From Piscirickettsiaceae bacterium (GTDB lineage Bacteria; Pseudomonadota; Gammaproteobacteria; Nitrosococcales; Methylophagaceae): a stretch of 64,000 nucleotides of DNA. The notes under the pieces are model-generated. The model did no database searches, was not told where the DNA came from, and was given only the letters and a program-made list of their open reading frames with translations. The DNA lies in assembly GCA_013215805.1 (NCBI GenBank), contig JABSQM010000002.1, positions 92,420 through 156,419 of the forward strand, read 5' to 3'. Position numbers and translations under genes: made by a program. Below are positions 36,402-47,810 of this stretch, one piece after another (position 1 is the first letter of the stretch; the number at the start of each line of letters is the position of its first letter).

Positions 36402-38058
36402 ACAGTTGATTCGTCTTATAAAAATCAATCATATATTAACTAGGTATCGTCTTGATGACATCATTAAAGCAACACATATATTACGTCCACTACGATTAAT
36501 TAGTTTATTCTTCCCTTATCGCTGGTATAATAAATGTGATGTTCCTCGCGGTGAACGCCTACGCTTAGCGTTACAAGATCTTGGGCCTATTTTTATAAAA
36601 TTCGGCCAAATACTATCTACGCGACATGACTTGATACCTGAAGATATCACAGAATATTTGGCAAAATTACAAAACCAAGTTACTCCATTCTCCAATGACC
36701 AAGCCTTGTCCTTAATTCAACAAGCATATGGTGAGAAGGCCATTCCCGAATTATTTAACTATATCAATAACACCCCTCTAGCATCAGCATCGGTGGCCCA
36801 AGTACATGACGCACAATTAATTGATGGATCAAAAGTAATAATAAAAATTATCCGTCCTGACGTCAAACAAGCGATAAGACAAGATGTGGATTTATTGCAT
36901 ACCTTAGCATCATTAGCAGAAAGATATTGGTCGAAAAGCAAGCATCTTCATCCAAGTAAAGTTGTACAAGAGCTAGAAAAACACCTATTTGATGAATTAG
37001 ATATGATGCGCGAGGCAGCCTCAGCATCACAGCTAAGACGTAATTTCAAAGATGGACGCTTGTTATATGTCCCGAAAATATATTGGCCCTTAACCAAGGA
37101 TGGACTATTAGTCCAAGAACGTATTTACGGTATTCCGATAGGAAATATTCACGAATTAAAAAAACATAAGGTTAATCTCAGACGATTAGCCGAAGTGGGT
37201 ATAGAAATTTTCTTTATTCAAGTATTCAAGCACAGCTTTTTTCATGCGGATATGCATCCAGGAAATATTATGGTTGACGCTAGTGATCCTGAACAACCCC
37301 GTTACATCGCAGTAGATTTCGGTATCATGGGAACATTAGCGCCAGATGATCAGAGTTATCTAGCAGAAAATTTTCTTGCTTTCTTCAATCATGATTATCG
37401 TCGTGTAGCCGAACTCCATATTCAATCTGGCTGGATACCACCAAACACCCGTCTGGATGAATTCGAGGCAGCGATTCGCAGTGTGTGTGAGCCAATTTTT
37501 GCAAAACCATTGAAAGAGATTTCATTTGGCCAATTATTATTGCGTCTATTACAAACTACCAGACGATTCAATATGGAGGTACAGCCACAACTGATATTAT
37601 TACAAAAAACATTATTTAACATCGAAGGTCTGGGGAGAAGATTTTACCCTGAACTGGATTTATGGAAAACAGCCAAGCCCATCTTGAAACAGTGGATGCA
37701 TCAAAAAATGGGCTGGCAAGCAGCATTAGACACGTTCAAACAAGAAGTACCAATTTGGGCTAGCACTCTACCCACATTACCACTGATAATATATGAAATC
37801 AGCAAACAAGCCAAACATGGCAAATTAAAGATGCAATTATCATCCCAAGAAATTAAACAAATAAAACAAGAAGTACATGATGCCAGTTATCGTAGTGCTG
37901 GCGCCATTAGCGGAGCTACCCTTATGATTGGAGCCACAGTCATCAAAGATCTCAATGGATATGCACCATCTATGCTCGCCAGTATTCCAGTCTTGAGCTG
38001 GATATTCGGTTTGTGTGGTGGAATATTGCTATATATTAGTCTCTCAAACAAAAGGTAA
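36391..38058 (+). CDS. ubiB: Ubiquinone biosynthesis protein UbiB (ABC1 atypical kinase family)
   Basis: 555 aa, 'LQDLGPIFIKFGQILSTRHDLIPEDI', 'ASASVAQVH', 'HADMHPGNI', with C-terminal TM segments. It overlaps the ubiJ stop by 11 nt. Confidence 0.96.
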   Translation: MKVKQLIRLIKINHILTRYRLDDIIKATHILRPLRLISLFFPYRWYNKCDVPRGERLRLALQDLGPIFIKFGQILSTRHDLIPEDITEYLAKLQNQVTPFSNDQALSLIQQAYGEKAIPELFNYINNTPLASASVAQVHDAQLIDGSKVIIKIIRPDVKQAIRQDVDLLHTLASLAERYWSKSKHLHPSKVVQELEKHLFDELDMMREAASASQLRRNFKDGRLLYVPKIYWPLTKDGLLVQERIYGIPIGNIHELKKHKVNLRRLAEVGIEIFFIQVFKHSFFHADMHPGNIMVDASDPEQPRYIAVDFGIMGTLAPDDQSYLAENFLAFFNHDYRRVAELHIQSGWIPPNTRLDEFEAAIRSVCEPIFAKPLKEISFGQLLLRLLQTTRRFNMEVQPQLILLQKTLFNIEGLGRRFYPELDLWKTAKPILKQWMHQKMGWQAALDTFKQEVPIWASTLPTLPLIIYEISKQAKHGKLKMQLSSQEIKQIKQEVHDASYRSAGAISGATLMIGATVIKDLNGYAPSMLASIPVLSWIFGLCGGILLYISLSNKR

Positions 38059-38983
38059 TTTATACATTTATAATTTATATCAACCCTATGTCAAAGTCAC
38101 ATATTTAAAATGTTCAATATATCCTTAGACTACATGCATAACCAACTGTTAATAGTATGCTTACATCCAATATTGGTGAGAAAGAAGACTCAAGTATAAC
38201 TCCATATACCGAGGATTAATTTTGATGAAGTGTCTATCCAAATATGAAAAAATAGGATAAATCAGACATACATAGTGCTTGAGATTAAAACAACCATGTG
38301 AAAGCTTTTATCAAAAAATATTTTTGCAATAGACTAGCAACGCAAATAGGAAATTATCAATTTATCCAATATCGTGCCCTTATGAATATACCATATTACA
38401 GATTAGATATGAGGATCATCAATTTTCCACATAAAACTAGACCAAGGTACCTGATGATCGGTAAAATATAGTTACAATAAGTAGTAAATTATCATATGCC
38501 CTACATAAGTGCTACAAAATTTCCCAGATGATAATATCATACATGAAGTGATGATGTTTAAATAAATTCATGAATAGATTTACCAAAAATAAAAATAAAG
38601 TTTATCTGAAACCTCATATTTAAGAAAAGCTGGAGATTAAGTAAAACTAAATTTTGAAACAATCAACGCATAATACATTTTATTATATAAATAACTCCCA
38701 CATCCTTAATGACATCCATATTTCAAATAAATTCACGCCGTTACATCTATGATGCATATTTCATTGCCACATTACTTAATAATTACACATTCATAATAGC
38801 TCCATATATATCCAAAATAAATATATTTTTAGATTACAATTGCAAACCTATCCACTTGTCAATAATGTCAAAAAAATATCTAAAAAAGAAAAATATGCAA
38901 CCTTATAATCTAGGGGGAAGGTACATATAACTAGGAAATGGCTAAATCAAAACTTAGCCGTTTTACTATTTTATTATAGAATA

Positions 38984-39916
38984 TCATACCAAATCGTCAC
39001 TATTATTCTTCTCAACTGTGATTGAATTGATTTTATTGATACCCATACCTAATAAAATACCGCTAGCTATGTAAATAGATGAATAGGTACCTAAAATAAT
39101 ACCTGATATAAGAACTATTGAGAAAACATGAATAGCCTTGCCACCAAAAATAAATAGCGCTAACACTACTAATAAGGTAGTCATAGATGTCATCATAGTA
39201 CGACTTAATGTGTCATTCAAGGCACAATTAACTATCCATTCGGAACTACCTTTGCGCATGTTCAAGAATGTTTCTCTAACACGATCAAACACAACGATAG
39301 TATCGTTTAAAGAATATCCTAACACCGCCAATATAGCTGCCAATACGGTCAAATTAAACTCTAATTGCATAATAGAAAGAAAACCTAAGGTAATAATTAC
39401 ATCATGTATTAGCGCTATGACAGAGCCAATCGCGAAACGATATTCAAAGCGTAACGATACATAAATTAAAATGCTGATAATAGCATAAAGCATTGCTAAG
39501 CTACCTTGCTCTGTCAGTTCCTTGCCTACCTGAGGACCAACAAATTCAATACGGCGTATATCAAAAGGCACCTCATTATTAGCTTGCAATATTACCACAA
39601 CTCGATCACTCAGCTCAGCCCTATTATGCTCCTCAATGACGGGGATACGAATCAATATCTCATGAATAGAACCAAAATATTGAACTAAAGCACTATTAAA
39701 CCCACCTTGTTTCAAAGCCTCGCGCATACTATCTAAATCCATCTCTCCATCGTAGGCTACCTCAATTATAGTACCTCCAGTGAAATCGATACCGAAATTT
39801 AATCCTACTATACCCAGTGAAGCAATTGAAATAAGTATTAATAGTAATGAGAATAACGCGGCTAATCTACGTTTTTTCATAAATCTAAAATTTGTTTTGC
39901 CTTTTATAAATTGCAT
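38984..39916 (-). CDS. secF: Protein-export membrane protein SecF
   Basis: 310 aa, 'GLNFGIDFTGGTIIEV'; follows secD. Confidence 0.96.
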   Translation of the reverse strand: MQFIKGKTNFRFMKKRRLAALFSLLLILISIASLGIVGLNFGIDFTGGTIIEVAYDGEMDLDSMREALKQGGFNSALVQYFGSIHEILIRIPVIEEHNRAELSDRVVVILQANNEVPFDIRRIEFVGPQVGKELTEQGSLAMLYAIISILIYVSLRFEYRFAIGSVIALIHDVIITLGFLSIMQLEFNLTVLAAILAVLGYSLNDTIVVFDRVRETFLNMRKGSSEWIVNCALNDTLSRTMMTSMTTLLVVLALFIFGGKAIHVFSIVLISGIILGTYSSIYIASGILLGMGINKINSITVEKNNSDDLV

Positions 39917-39925
39917 GAAATTGAC

Positions 39926-41788
39926 TTAAATCGATAACTTTGGTCGATGCTTATGACCATAGATCAAATTAATAACTACCCGCGTTCCCATAATAGCCGT
40001 AAACATTGAAGTTAGGATACCTAAAGACAAGGTCACTGCAAATCCTTTGACTAAACCCGTACCAAAGCTAAATAATACTATTGCCGCAATTAAGGTGGTA
40101 ACGTTGGCATCTGCGATAGTTGAAAATGCTTTACTATAACCAGAACTGATACATACCTGGGTAGTATTTCCGGCACTAAGCTCCTCTCTAATACGTTCAA
40201 AAATTAATATATTAGCATCAACAGCCATACCAACAGTTAACACAATACCCGCAATGCCAGGCATAGTTAAAGTTGCCTGCAACATTGATAATAGTGCTAC
40301 TATTAATACTAAATTAGCAACCAACGCTAAATTGGCTACCACACCAAATACTTTATACCAAATTGCCATAAAAATTAACACGAGAATAAATCCTAACATT
40401 ATTGATTTAAGTCCCTGATCGATATTATCCTGACCCAAACTAGGACCAACTGTACGTTCTTCTACGATTTCTATAGGCACAGCCAAGGAACCTGCTCGTA
40501 ACAGCAAAGCTAATTCGTAAGCCTCTGCCATTGAATCTAGACCAGTGATTTGAAATTTTTTACTCAACTGATCCCTAATAACGGCAACACTAATTATTTC
40601 AGGTACTTGGCGGCGAATTTTAATTATCTCGCCATTGATTTCATGCATTTCTGTTTTAGATTTGATAAATACCACTGCCATTGCATTGCCGATGTTGTCA
40701 AACGTAGAGTTACTAAACTTTCGCGCTCCTTTACTATCTAGAGTAATCGATACTGATGGCGAACCAGATTGATGATCTAACGTAGATGCTGCATTAATAA
40801 TATGCTCACCGGTTAATATTACACGTTTATTAAGTAAAAATTGTCTGCCATCACGATGGTGAAATAATCTTCCACCAGCCACTACCGCTGGTACACGACC
40901 ATTAATCACATCTTGCACATCATAATTATAATGAACCAAACGAAATTCTAAGGTAGCAGTCGCACTCAATATCTTTTTAGCTCGTGCCGTATCTTGCATG
41001 CCAGGCAACTGTATAACAATACGATAATCACCTTGTCGCTGCACTATTGGCTCGGTCACACCTAGTTCATCAATGCGATTTCGTAGTGTAATAATATTTT
41101 GTTCTAAAGCCAATAATCGTATTTTTTGAAAAATAACCTCAGTCAATTTGACTATAATGGTTGGAACCGTGGAATCCTTTACCACATCCATCACTAACTC
41201 GCTAAATTGGCCTTTAGCTGTTGACAAAACTCTATTCAAGTCATCTGCACTACGTAAATTAATCATCAAAGAATCGTTTACAATTCGAATTCCCTGATAA
41301 CGTATCTTCTCATCACGCAGAAATGCTCTCAGTTCACTACTATAAGTATCCAATGATTTTGTAACCACCGCATCCATATCTACGTCGATTAAAAAGTACA
41401 CACCCCCACGAAGATCTAAGCCTAAATTCATTGGTTCTCCGCCAATCATATCTAGCCATTTAGGAGTCGTAGATGCTAGATTCAAAGCAATAATATAACC
41501 ATCTTCAATTTTATTATCAAATGCCTCCTTAGCTTTTAGCTGCATATCAACATCAAAAAAACTAATTAGTAATATATCGTCACTCAATTTTACCTGTTTA
41601 TATGCAATTTTTTGATCATTCAACACAATCTCAACCTGAGCCATTAGATCAAGGCCAATTTTGCCATGACCTCCTGATGAAATCTGAATGGCAAAATCAT
41701 CGTCATATAAATTTGGCAAAGCAAATACAGTACCAATAACCACAATAACTAGCACCAATATATTTTTCCACAAAGGATATTGATTCAT
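39926..41788 (-). CDS. secD: Protein-export membrane protein SecD
   Basis: Start placed at the ATG at 41788 ('MNQYPLWKNILVLVIVVIGTVFALPNLY...', 620 aa), which matches the SecD N-terminus. Contains 'GLDLRGGVYF'. Confidence 0.96.
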   Translation of the reverse strand: MNQYPLWKNILVLVIVVIGTVFALPNLYDDDFAIQISSGGHGKIGLDLMAQVEIVLNDQKIAYKQVKLSDDILLISFFDVDMQLKAKEAFDNKIEDGYIIALNLASTTPKWLDMIGGEPMNLGLDLRGGVYFLIDVDMDAVVTKSLDTYSSELRAFLRDEKIRYQGIRIVNDSLMINLRSADDLNRVLSTAKGQFSELVMDVVKDSTVPTIIVKLTEVIFQKIRLLALEQNIITLRNRIDELGVTEPIVQRQGDYRIVIQLPGMQDTARAKKILSATATLEFRLVHYNYDVQDVINGRVPAVVAGGRLFHHRDGRQFLLNKRVILTGEHIINAASTLDHQSGSPSVSITLDSKGARKFSNSTFDNIGNAMAVVFIKSKTEMHEINGEIIKIRRQVPEIISVAVIRDQLSKKFQITGLDSMAEAYELALLLRAGSLAVPIEIVEERTVGPSLGQDNIDQGLKSIMLGFILVLIFMAIWYKVFGVVANLALVANLVLIVALLSMLQATLTMPGIAGIVLTVGMAVDANILIFERIREELSAGNTTQVCISSGYSKAFSTIADANVTTLIAAIVLFSFGTGLVKGFAVTLSLGILTSMFTAIMGTRVVINLIYGHKHRPKLSI

Positions 41789-41841
41789 GTGAAACCTACA
41801 TACCTTCAAAAATATCAATTACTAAAGTATTGATAATGTCG

Positions 41842-42180
41842 CTATAGCTTTCCCAGAGTACCTTTCGGCAGAACCGAATTAATAGATTCTCTACGAACTT
41901 TGACTTCGATTCCTTTAGCTATTTCCATAGTAACCGCATTATCGGCGATATCAATTATTCTACCCATAATTCCTCCATCAGTGACTACTTCATCTCCTTT
42001 TAATAATGATTGCTGCATTACACGATGCTCTTTGGCACGCTTAGATTGTGGACGAATCAACATCATATAAAATAACACCAATAAAATAATTGGGAACACA
42101 AAATCTAATGGATCAATTGAAGAAGACTGGTCCATAGGCGCCACGTCAGCAGATGCTGTAGAAATAAAAAAATTCATCAT
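41842..42180 (-). CDS. yajC: Preprotein translocase subunit YajC
   Basis: 112 aa, 'PIILLVLFYMMLIRPQSKRAKEHRVMQQSLLKGDEVVTDGGIMGRI'; upstream of secD. Confidence 0.94.
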   Translation of the reverse strand: MMNFFISTASADVAPMDQSSSIDPLDFVFPIILLVLFYMMLIRPQSKRAKEHRVMQQSLLKGDEVVTDGGIMGRIIDIADNAVTMEIAKGIEVKVRRESINSVLPKGTLGKL

Positions 42181-43285
42181 AAACCCTCAAAAATTCAGAG
42201 ATATAAAACATGATTATGTATAGTTAAAGACATAACCTAGTAGTCAAGGTAATTAATTCGATGAGATCCATCTATAAATAATTAAGTATAGAATATCTAC
42301 GAAAAATACAGACAAATTAACGAAATTACCTATAAAATTTGCAGTCAGAACTAGAAACACTAAATACCATGTATGGTATTTAGTGTTACCTAACATCCAA
42401 TCTATTACTTGATAGTAATAACATAAATATATTAATCATAATCAAGAGCATTATAAAATATGAAAACTATGCAGAGATAAAAAATATTGGAAAACAATCT
42501 AATTGATGCATTGCGACCATTCTCAAATGTTAAAATCTACTACCCATTATAGGTAATACTAATCGCTAATTGTACAATCAAACACTGTGAAACTAACATG
42601 CATTACCTTTAATTCATTTTTCAATGTAGATAAAATACATTCATTGCTCCATTGTCAGAACCCAAATTCATAACAATCAAATTATATAAAGTATAGTGAC
42701 TATATTTCAGAAGAATTCCTGAAATAAATTTTCTACTACAATGAAAGATTGTAGATAACTGAAATTATAATAGTGCACCTATATTTAGAAGGTTTAAAAT
42801 GACACTTATGAAGAACCTAATAATTACTAAATTCCCATTGATTGGATATTTTTAAAGGTAGGTGGAACCACACATCTAAAAATTATATGCATTAATAATT
42901 TTGTAACTTCATTAACTCTATCAGAACTAAAAAACATTTAACTGATACAGCATACCGATGAAGATATAAAAAAGTATCATAAATATACAATATCTTCAAG
43001 TCACACAACCTAAATCTTCATGAATAACCCAAATACCGCCAAAATATTAAAGCCATAATTTATAAAAATAGATTATGAGAACTGAACCACCCTAACGTAG
43101 GATAACCATATATCAACAGCCCATAATATAAATTATTTTTTATATGTAGTATTATCCGCAGATGAAGAATCACCTTTCACAAAAGGTGTGTGCCATCTAT
43201 GTCAATCACTTTTAAAACTAATTAAAATATCATTACCGTATAAAAATATCAGCAATGATGCAATCATATTTTATTGATAAATATC

Positions 43286-43999
43286 ATGTCTAATCCAAGA
43301 ATTATTGTTGCATTAGATTATTCCACTTTGGATGCTACTCTTGCATTAACTAAAAAATTAAACCCTCAGCGTTGCCGATTGAAAATTGGTAAGGAATTGT
43401 TCACTCATTATGGGCCAAAAATAGTGAAAATATTGATCCATGATGGCTTTGATATTTTCTTAGATTTAAAATATCATGATATTCCTCGTACCGTAGCTAG
43501 AGCATGTAGGGCTGCTGCCGATCTTGGTATATGGATGGTCAATGTACATGCACTTGGCGGCAGAGCAATGATGATAGCAGCAAGAAAGGCAGTAAATGAA
43601 GGAGATAATCGACCATTACTAATTGCAGTAACATTGTTAACAAGTATGGATCAAATAACATTCAAACAAATCGGCCTACATGGAAATATAAAAAATACCG
43701 TTTTAAGCTTAGCAAACATAGCTCATGATAGTGGATTAGACGGCGTAGTTTGCTCAGGGCAAGAAACAACTATGTTACGCGACCAACATGGTGATAACTT
43801 TCAACTGATCACACCATGTATACGCCCCATTAATAGCGATCAGGGAGATCAGTATCGAATAATGACTCCAGTCCAGGCCATCATTGCTGGTAGCGATTAT
43901 CTTGTTATCGGTCGTCCGATTACAGAATCATCCAATCCAATATATGCATTGGAGGCCATTGAACAAAGTATAGACCAATACCAACGTAAGTCGTACTAA
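43286..43999 (+). CDS. pyrF: Orotidine 5'-phosphate decarboxylase
   Basis: Start placed at the ATG at 43286 ('MSNPRIIVALDY...'); the track ORF begins 4 codons earlier at a TTG. Contains 'FLDLKYHDIPRT' and 'LVIGRPIT'. Confidence 0.95.
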   Translation: MSNPRIIVALDYSTLDATLALTKKLNPQRCRLKIGKELFTHYGPKIVKILIHDGFDIFLDLKYHDIPRTVARACRAAADLGIWMVNVHALGGRAMMIAARKAVNEGDNRPLLIAVTLLTSMDQITFKQIGLHGNIKNTVLSLANIAHDSGLDGVVCSGQETTMLRDQHGDNFQLITPCIRPINSDQGDQYRIMTPVQAIIAGSDYLVIGRPITESSNPIYALEAIEQSIDQYQRKSY

Positions 44000-44262
44000 T
44001 TTTTATTAGTCACTCACAACTTGAAGTCAGCAAAACCTAGGATGAATAAACCACCAAGGATGCAAACAATTAAGGTAAATATAATTATTAATATATAAAT
44101 AACAAAAATTAATATCCCTATAGGATCACCTCATAGCAGGGTTAAACCTCAAAATTTTTGGGTTGCAATCCAATTTTAAAATTTGATATTTCAAAGATCG
44201 ATCCAACAAATTAAGCAACCCACATAACTGTCGATGACATCATACTTTTAGTAGAATTATTT

Positions 44263-45171
44263 ATGGAGCTACATAAGAAAAAATCACTACACATAGCCCA
44301 GATGCTAACTGAAGCTCTACCGTATATTAAACGGTTTTCAGGGAAAACACTCGTCATTAAGTATGGAGGCAATGCCATGATTGATGCATCTCTGAAAAAT
44401 AGTTTTGCTAAAGATGTAGTATTGCTTAAAGCATTAGGTATTAACCCCATAATTGTTCATGGTGGAGGCGTACAAATTAATGAGCTATTAGATAAAATTG
44501 GCAAACAAAGTGAATTTGTCCAAGGCATGCGTATTACCGATAGCGAGACGATGGAGGTAGTTGAGATGGTACTAGGAGGTCAAATAAACAAGAGTATAGT
44601 TAACTTGATCAATGCGAATGGTGGTCGTGCAGTAGGATTAACCGGAGAGGACGGCAGTCTAATTATTGCTGAAAAATTATACATGTTTCGTAACGAATAT
44701 AATTCCACTGCTTGTACTGCTGAAAGAATAGATTTGGGTCATGTGGGAAAAGTGAAAAGCATAGATACTTCGGTCATTGATATGTTAACCCAAAATAATT
44801 TTATACCTGTAATTGCTCCAATAGGGGTAGGTGAAGATAGACAACTTTATAACATTAATGCTGATCTGGTTGCAAGTAGATTGTCCGAAATTTTACAAGC
44901 AGAAAAATTAATATTATTAACCAACACACCCGGATTGCTAAATGGCAAAGGCCAGCTCTTACCTGAAATAAACGTTAAACAAGTAGATAGCCTGATAGAT
45001 AGCGGCATAATTTATGGCGGTATGTTACCTAAGATCAAATCTGCATTGGAAGCAGTACAGGTAGGTGTCACTACTGCACATATTATTGACGGTCGTGTAC
45101 AACACGCAGTATTATTAGAAATATTCACAAATGAAGGCATCGGTACATTGATTTGTAAAAATAAACTATAA
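44263..45171 (+). CDS. argB: Acetylglutamate kinase
   Basis: 302 aa, '[19 protein letters not shown]', 'NPIIVHGGG', 'NINADLVA'. The length fits the ~300-aa Pseudomonas-type ArgB. Confidence 0.95.
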   Translation: MELHKKKSLHIAQMLTEALPYIKRFSGKTLVIKYGGNAMIDASLKNSFAKDVVLLKALGINPIIVHGGGVQINELLDKIGKQSEFVQGMRITDSETMEVVEMVLGGQINKSIVNLINANGGRAVGLTGEDGSLIIAEKLYMFRNEYNSTACTAERIDLGHVGKVKSIDTSVIDMLTQNNFIPVIAPIGVGEDRQLYNINADLVASRLSEILQAEKLILLTNTPGLLNGKGQLLPEINVKQVDSLIDSGIIYGGMLPKIKSALEAVQVGVTTAHIIDGRVQHAVLLEIFTNEGIGTLICKNKL

Positions 45172-46041
45172 AATTAATGGCAGACCAACCCTGGATAATA
45201 AACTATGAACGACAGAATAAATTTCGAAGTCATAGATCTACACTGCAATTCATGCATTAACTACCATTCGGTAAACTTTAAAGGTATTTAGGCTGTCTCT
45301 AGGTCATTATTGAACTGTCATTGCCTAAACAAGGAATTAATTTTTTCCAAAATAAAAATATGAATATATTGAAGAAGGCAATCATATGATATGAAACCAA
45401 CTTATTGCTCCGTGAACTATATTATGTGGAATCCTCCTCATTAAGATCTAGCGTAATATAAAAATATGGAAATAAATATTAATATTCTACTAAAGTCGTC
45501 AATATATCTTCGAATATATATTCAGAAATGAATCACTCACTATATATTATAGAAACTGTCGTGGATATCAACCTATCTACATACCATTTCATAATTCATT
45601 ATACCATACATATCATAGTCCAAGATCAATATAAAAGAATTGGAGATGATACACAATTCCTACATACAAAGATGAATAATGCAAATATTAAAAAGTTTAA
45701 GAGCACAACACTTCATTAATTATATGTGATATATAAAACAATATCCCCAAATAAATTTTTAATATTTTGTTGATTACGATAGTACAATCAATTTTCTGAT
45801 AATCATGATTGTGTTCATTTACACTATTAGGCTACTACTAATAATTAATAATACCTATTTTACGATTTAAGAAATTGTCATATAACTGCCGCTATAAATA
45901 CATGACAGTATATATAATAACCAAGGAGTTAAGAATCAGATATAAATTGTACTACCCTACAAAATGACATCACATAAATTTCATGAATAGGTAGCGCGGG
46001 CAACATTGCAACGATCGAATGCCCCCTACAAAAATTTAAAA

Positions 46042-46064
46042 GTATGATTTTTTTCAAATCATAC
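46042..46064 (-). terminator. Weak candidate intrinsic terminator downstream of dut
   Basis: The minus strand reads GTATGATTT-GAAAA-AAATCATAC followed by TTTTAAATTTTTG. The 9-bp stem is perfect but has only 2 G-C pairs. It lies about 108 nt beyond the dut stop. Confidence 0.3.
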
Positions 46065-46171
46065 CTAGCCCATTTTAGTTGCTAAGATTTATATTTCAAG
46101 ATATGAAATTATGCCATAGTAACTCATGCAATAATTTTTTTCGTACGTCCTTAGCTTATTTAAATAAATCA

Positions 46172-46624
46172 TTAACGACCGGTACAACCCAGACCTCCAG
46201 AACCACGTTCAGAATCAGTAAATTCTACAACCTTTTCAAAGCTGACCTGAACAACAGGAATAAAGACCATCTGGGCAATACGCTCACCAATTATGATTTC
46301 AAAATCATGCGACCCTCGGTTCCAACATGAAATAAACACTTGTCCCTGATAGTCACTATCAATTAGACCCACTAAATTACCTAAGACGATCCCATGATTA
46401 TGTCCCAAACCGGAGCGAGGCAACAATACAGCCGCCAAATTAGGATCATTAATATGCATTGCGAATCCAGTGGGAATTAATACTGTTTCTCCAGGTGATA
46501 GATTAATATTTTCATCCAAACATGCTCTAAGATCTAAGCCTGCTGAACCAGATGTTGCATAATTAGGTAACTCCATCAACTCACCTAAACGAGAATCAAG
46601 AAGTTTCAGTTTTATTTTTAACAT
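46172..46624 (-). CDS. dut: dUTP diphosphatase
   Basis: 150 aa, '[18 protein letters not shown]', '[29 protein letters not shown]'. Its start overlaps the coaBC 3' end by 29 nt. Confidence 0.97.
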   Translation of the reverse strand: MLKIKLKLLDSRLGELMELPNYATSGSAGLDLRACLDENINLSPGETVLIPTGFAMHINDPNLAAVLLPRSGLGHNHGIVLGNLVGLIDSDYQGQVFISCWNRGSHDFEIIIGERIAQMVFIPVVQVSFEKVVEFTDSERGSGGLGCTGR

Positions 46625-47810
46625 AATATCGCTTAATGATTAATTTCATTAGATTTCTAGCTAATTGTACCTTTGATGCTAATTTTAAGGTATGATGACC
46701 GTTGTGCCAAAACACATCCAACATATTACAATCAACAGATAACCCCACACCTTTTCCTACTTTATTCGCTGCTATCATATCTAAACGTTTATATCTTAAC
46801 TTTTCTTTAGCATATAGCGTAACATTATGAGTCTCTGCAGCAAATCCAACCACGAACATTTCGTTGTCTTTTTTGGTAATTTCGGAGATAATATCGATTG
46901 TCGGTTCCAGTTCTATCCGTAAATTATGTTTAGTCTTTTTAATCTTATGATCAACAGCCCTAGATGGCCGATAATCGGAGACTGCGGCACAACCAATAAA
47001 AATATCACTTTCAGCCACCTTGCCAAACACGCTATCAAACATCTCTTTCGCCGTTTCAACGTTGATACGAATGACCCCTGGAGGTGTTACTAAATTCACG
47101 GGGCCAGCAATTAACACTACAGTAGCTCCAGCTTCAGCCGCTGCTTGAGCAATCGCAAAACCCATTTTTCCTGAACTTTTATTACCTATAAATCGTACTG
47201 GATCGATAGGCTCAAAAGTTGGGCCAGCAGTAACCAGTACTTGCTTATCCTGTAATGCCCCAGGCACTACCAACTGTTCCATATCAGACACGATACTTAG
47301 AGGATCTAATAAGCAACCAGAACCACGCTCACCACAAGCTTGCTCACCACCAGCAGGACCTAATACCTGAACGCCTCTAGAACGTAATAACTCAAGATTT
47401 GCTACCGTTGCTTGATTTGACCACATTTTATTATTCATGGCCGGTACAAGTGCAAGTGGACATTCACTTGCTAAAATTAATGCCGATAATAAATCATCTG
47501 CCCTGCCTTGTGCCAATCTAGATATGATATCAGCACTGGCCGGTGCGATTAGAATCCAGTCGGCCCACCTAGCTAAAGTAATGTGTAATATTTCGAATTC
47601 TTTCCCTGTATCTAATAAATCTATCGCAACCGGATGATGGCTTAACGTCTCCAAGGTTAAGGGGGTAATAAATTCACAGGCAGTTTTAGTCATCACAACC
47701 CTTAATTCAGCACCAACATCACTAAGCCTCCTTACTAAATCAGCTGACTTGTATGCGGCAATGCTCCCAGTAACACCTAAAACGATATGTTTACCCGAAA
47801 GTGACAGCAC
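46596..47810 (-). CDS. coaBC: Bifunctional phosphopantothenoylcysteine decarboxylase/synthetase
   Basis: 404 aa with a GTG start, '[24 protein letters not shown]', 'PAMNNKMW', '[23 protein letters not shown]'. Confidence 0.97.
   Translation of the reverse strand: MLSLSGKHIVLGVTGSIAAYKSADLVRRLSDVGAELRVVMTKTACEFITPLTLETLSHHPVAIDLLDTGKEFEILHITLARWADWILIAPASADIISRLAQGRADDLLSALILASECPLALVPAMNNKMWSNQATVANLELLRSRGVQVLGPAGGEQACGERGSGCLLDPLSIVSDMEQLVVPGALQDKQVLVTAGPTFEPIDPVRFIGNKSSGKMGFAIAQAAAEAGATVVLIAGPVNLVTPPGVIRINVETAKEMFDSVFGKVAESDIFIGCAAVSDYRPSRAVDHKIKKTKHNLRIELEPTIDIISEITKKDNEMFVVGFAAETHNVTLYAKEKLRYKRLDMIAANKVGKGVGLSVDCNMLDVFWHNGHHTLKLASKVQLARNLMKLIIKRYYVKNKTETS

Noticed and set aside
38663-38690. 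dif-like sequence TCAACGCATAA-TACATT-TTATTATATAA between convergent genes.
   Set aside because: Only 17 of 28 positions match the E. coli dif consensus as I recall it (7/11, 3/6, 7/11). The conserved G of the XerD arm is absent, and the matching positions are mostly A/T.
38225-38851. DnaA-box-like 9-mers in the ubiB-secF spacer (CTATCCAAA, TTATCCAAT, TTTTCCACA, CTATCCACT), considered as a possible replication origin.
   Set aside because: Only one matches TTATCCACA at 8 of 9 positions; the others match 7 of 9. That density is close to chance in AT-rich sequence, there are no clustered perfect boxes or 13-mer DUE repeats, and the locus is not a usual oriC neighbourhood.
38709-38930. 73-aa ORF in the ubiB-secF spacer, and a 63-aa ORF at 45528-45719 in the argB-dut spacer.
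   Set aside because: Both have Ile/Asn/Tyr/Lys-rich composition of the kind expected by chance in about 80% AT DNA. Neither has an SD sequence, motifs or conserved context.
45990-46030. GC-rich island containing GATCGAAT, which looked like a degenerate tRNA T-loop (possible tRNA pseudogene).
   Set aside because: I could not fold an acceptor stem, T stem or anticodon arm around it, and no cloverleaf is supported.
46596-46624. Gene overlaps: coaBC/dut 29 nt, rpsC/rplP 23 nt, ubiJ/ubiB 11 nt, corC/lnt 4 nt and rplW/rplD 4 nt.
   Set aside because: These are ordinary translational-coupling overlaps within operons. The N- and C-termini involved align with family expectations, so nothing suggests frameshifting or fusion.
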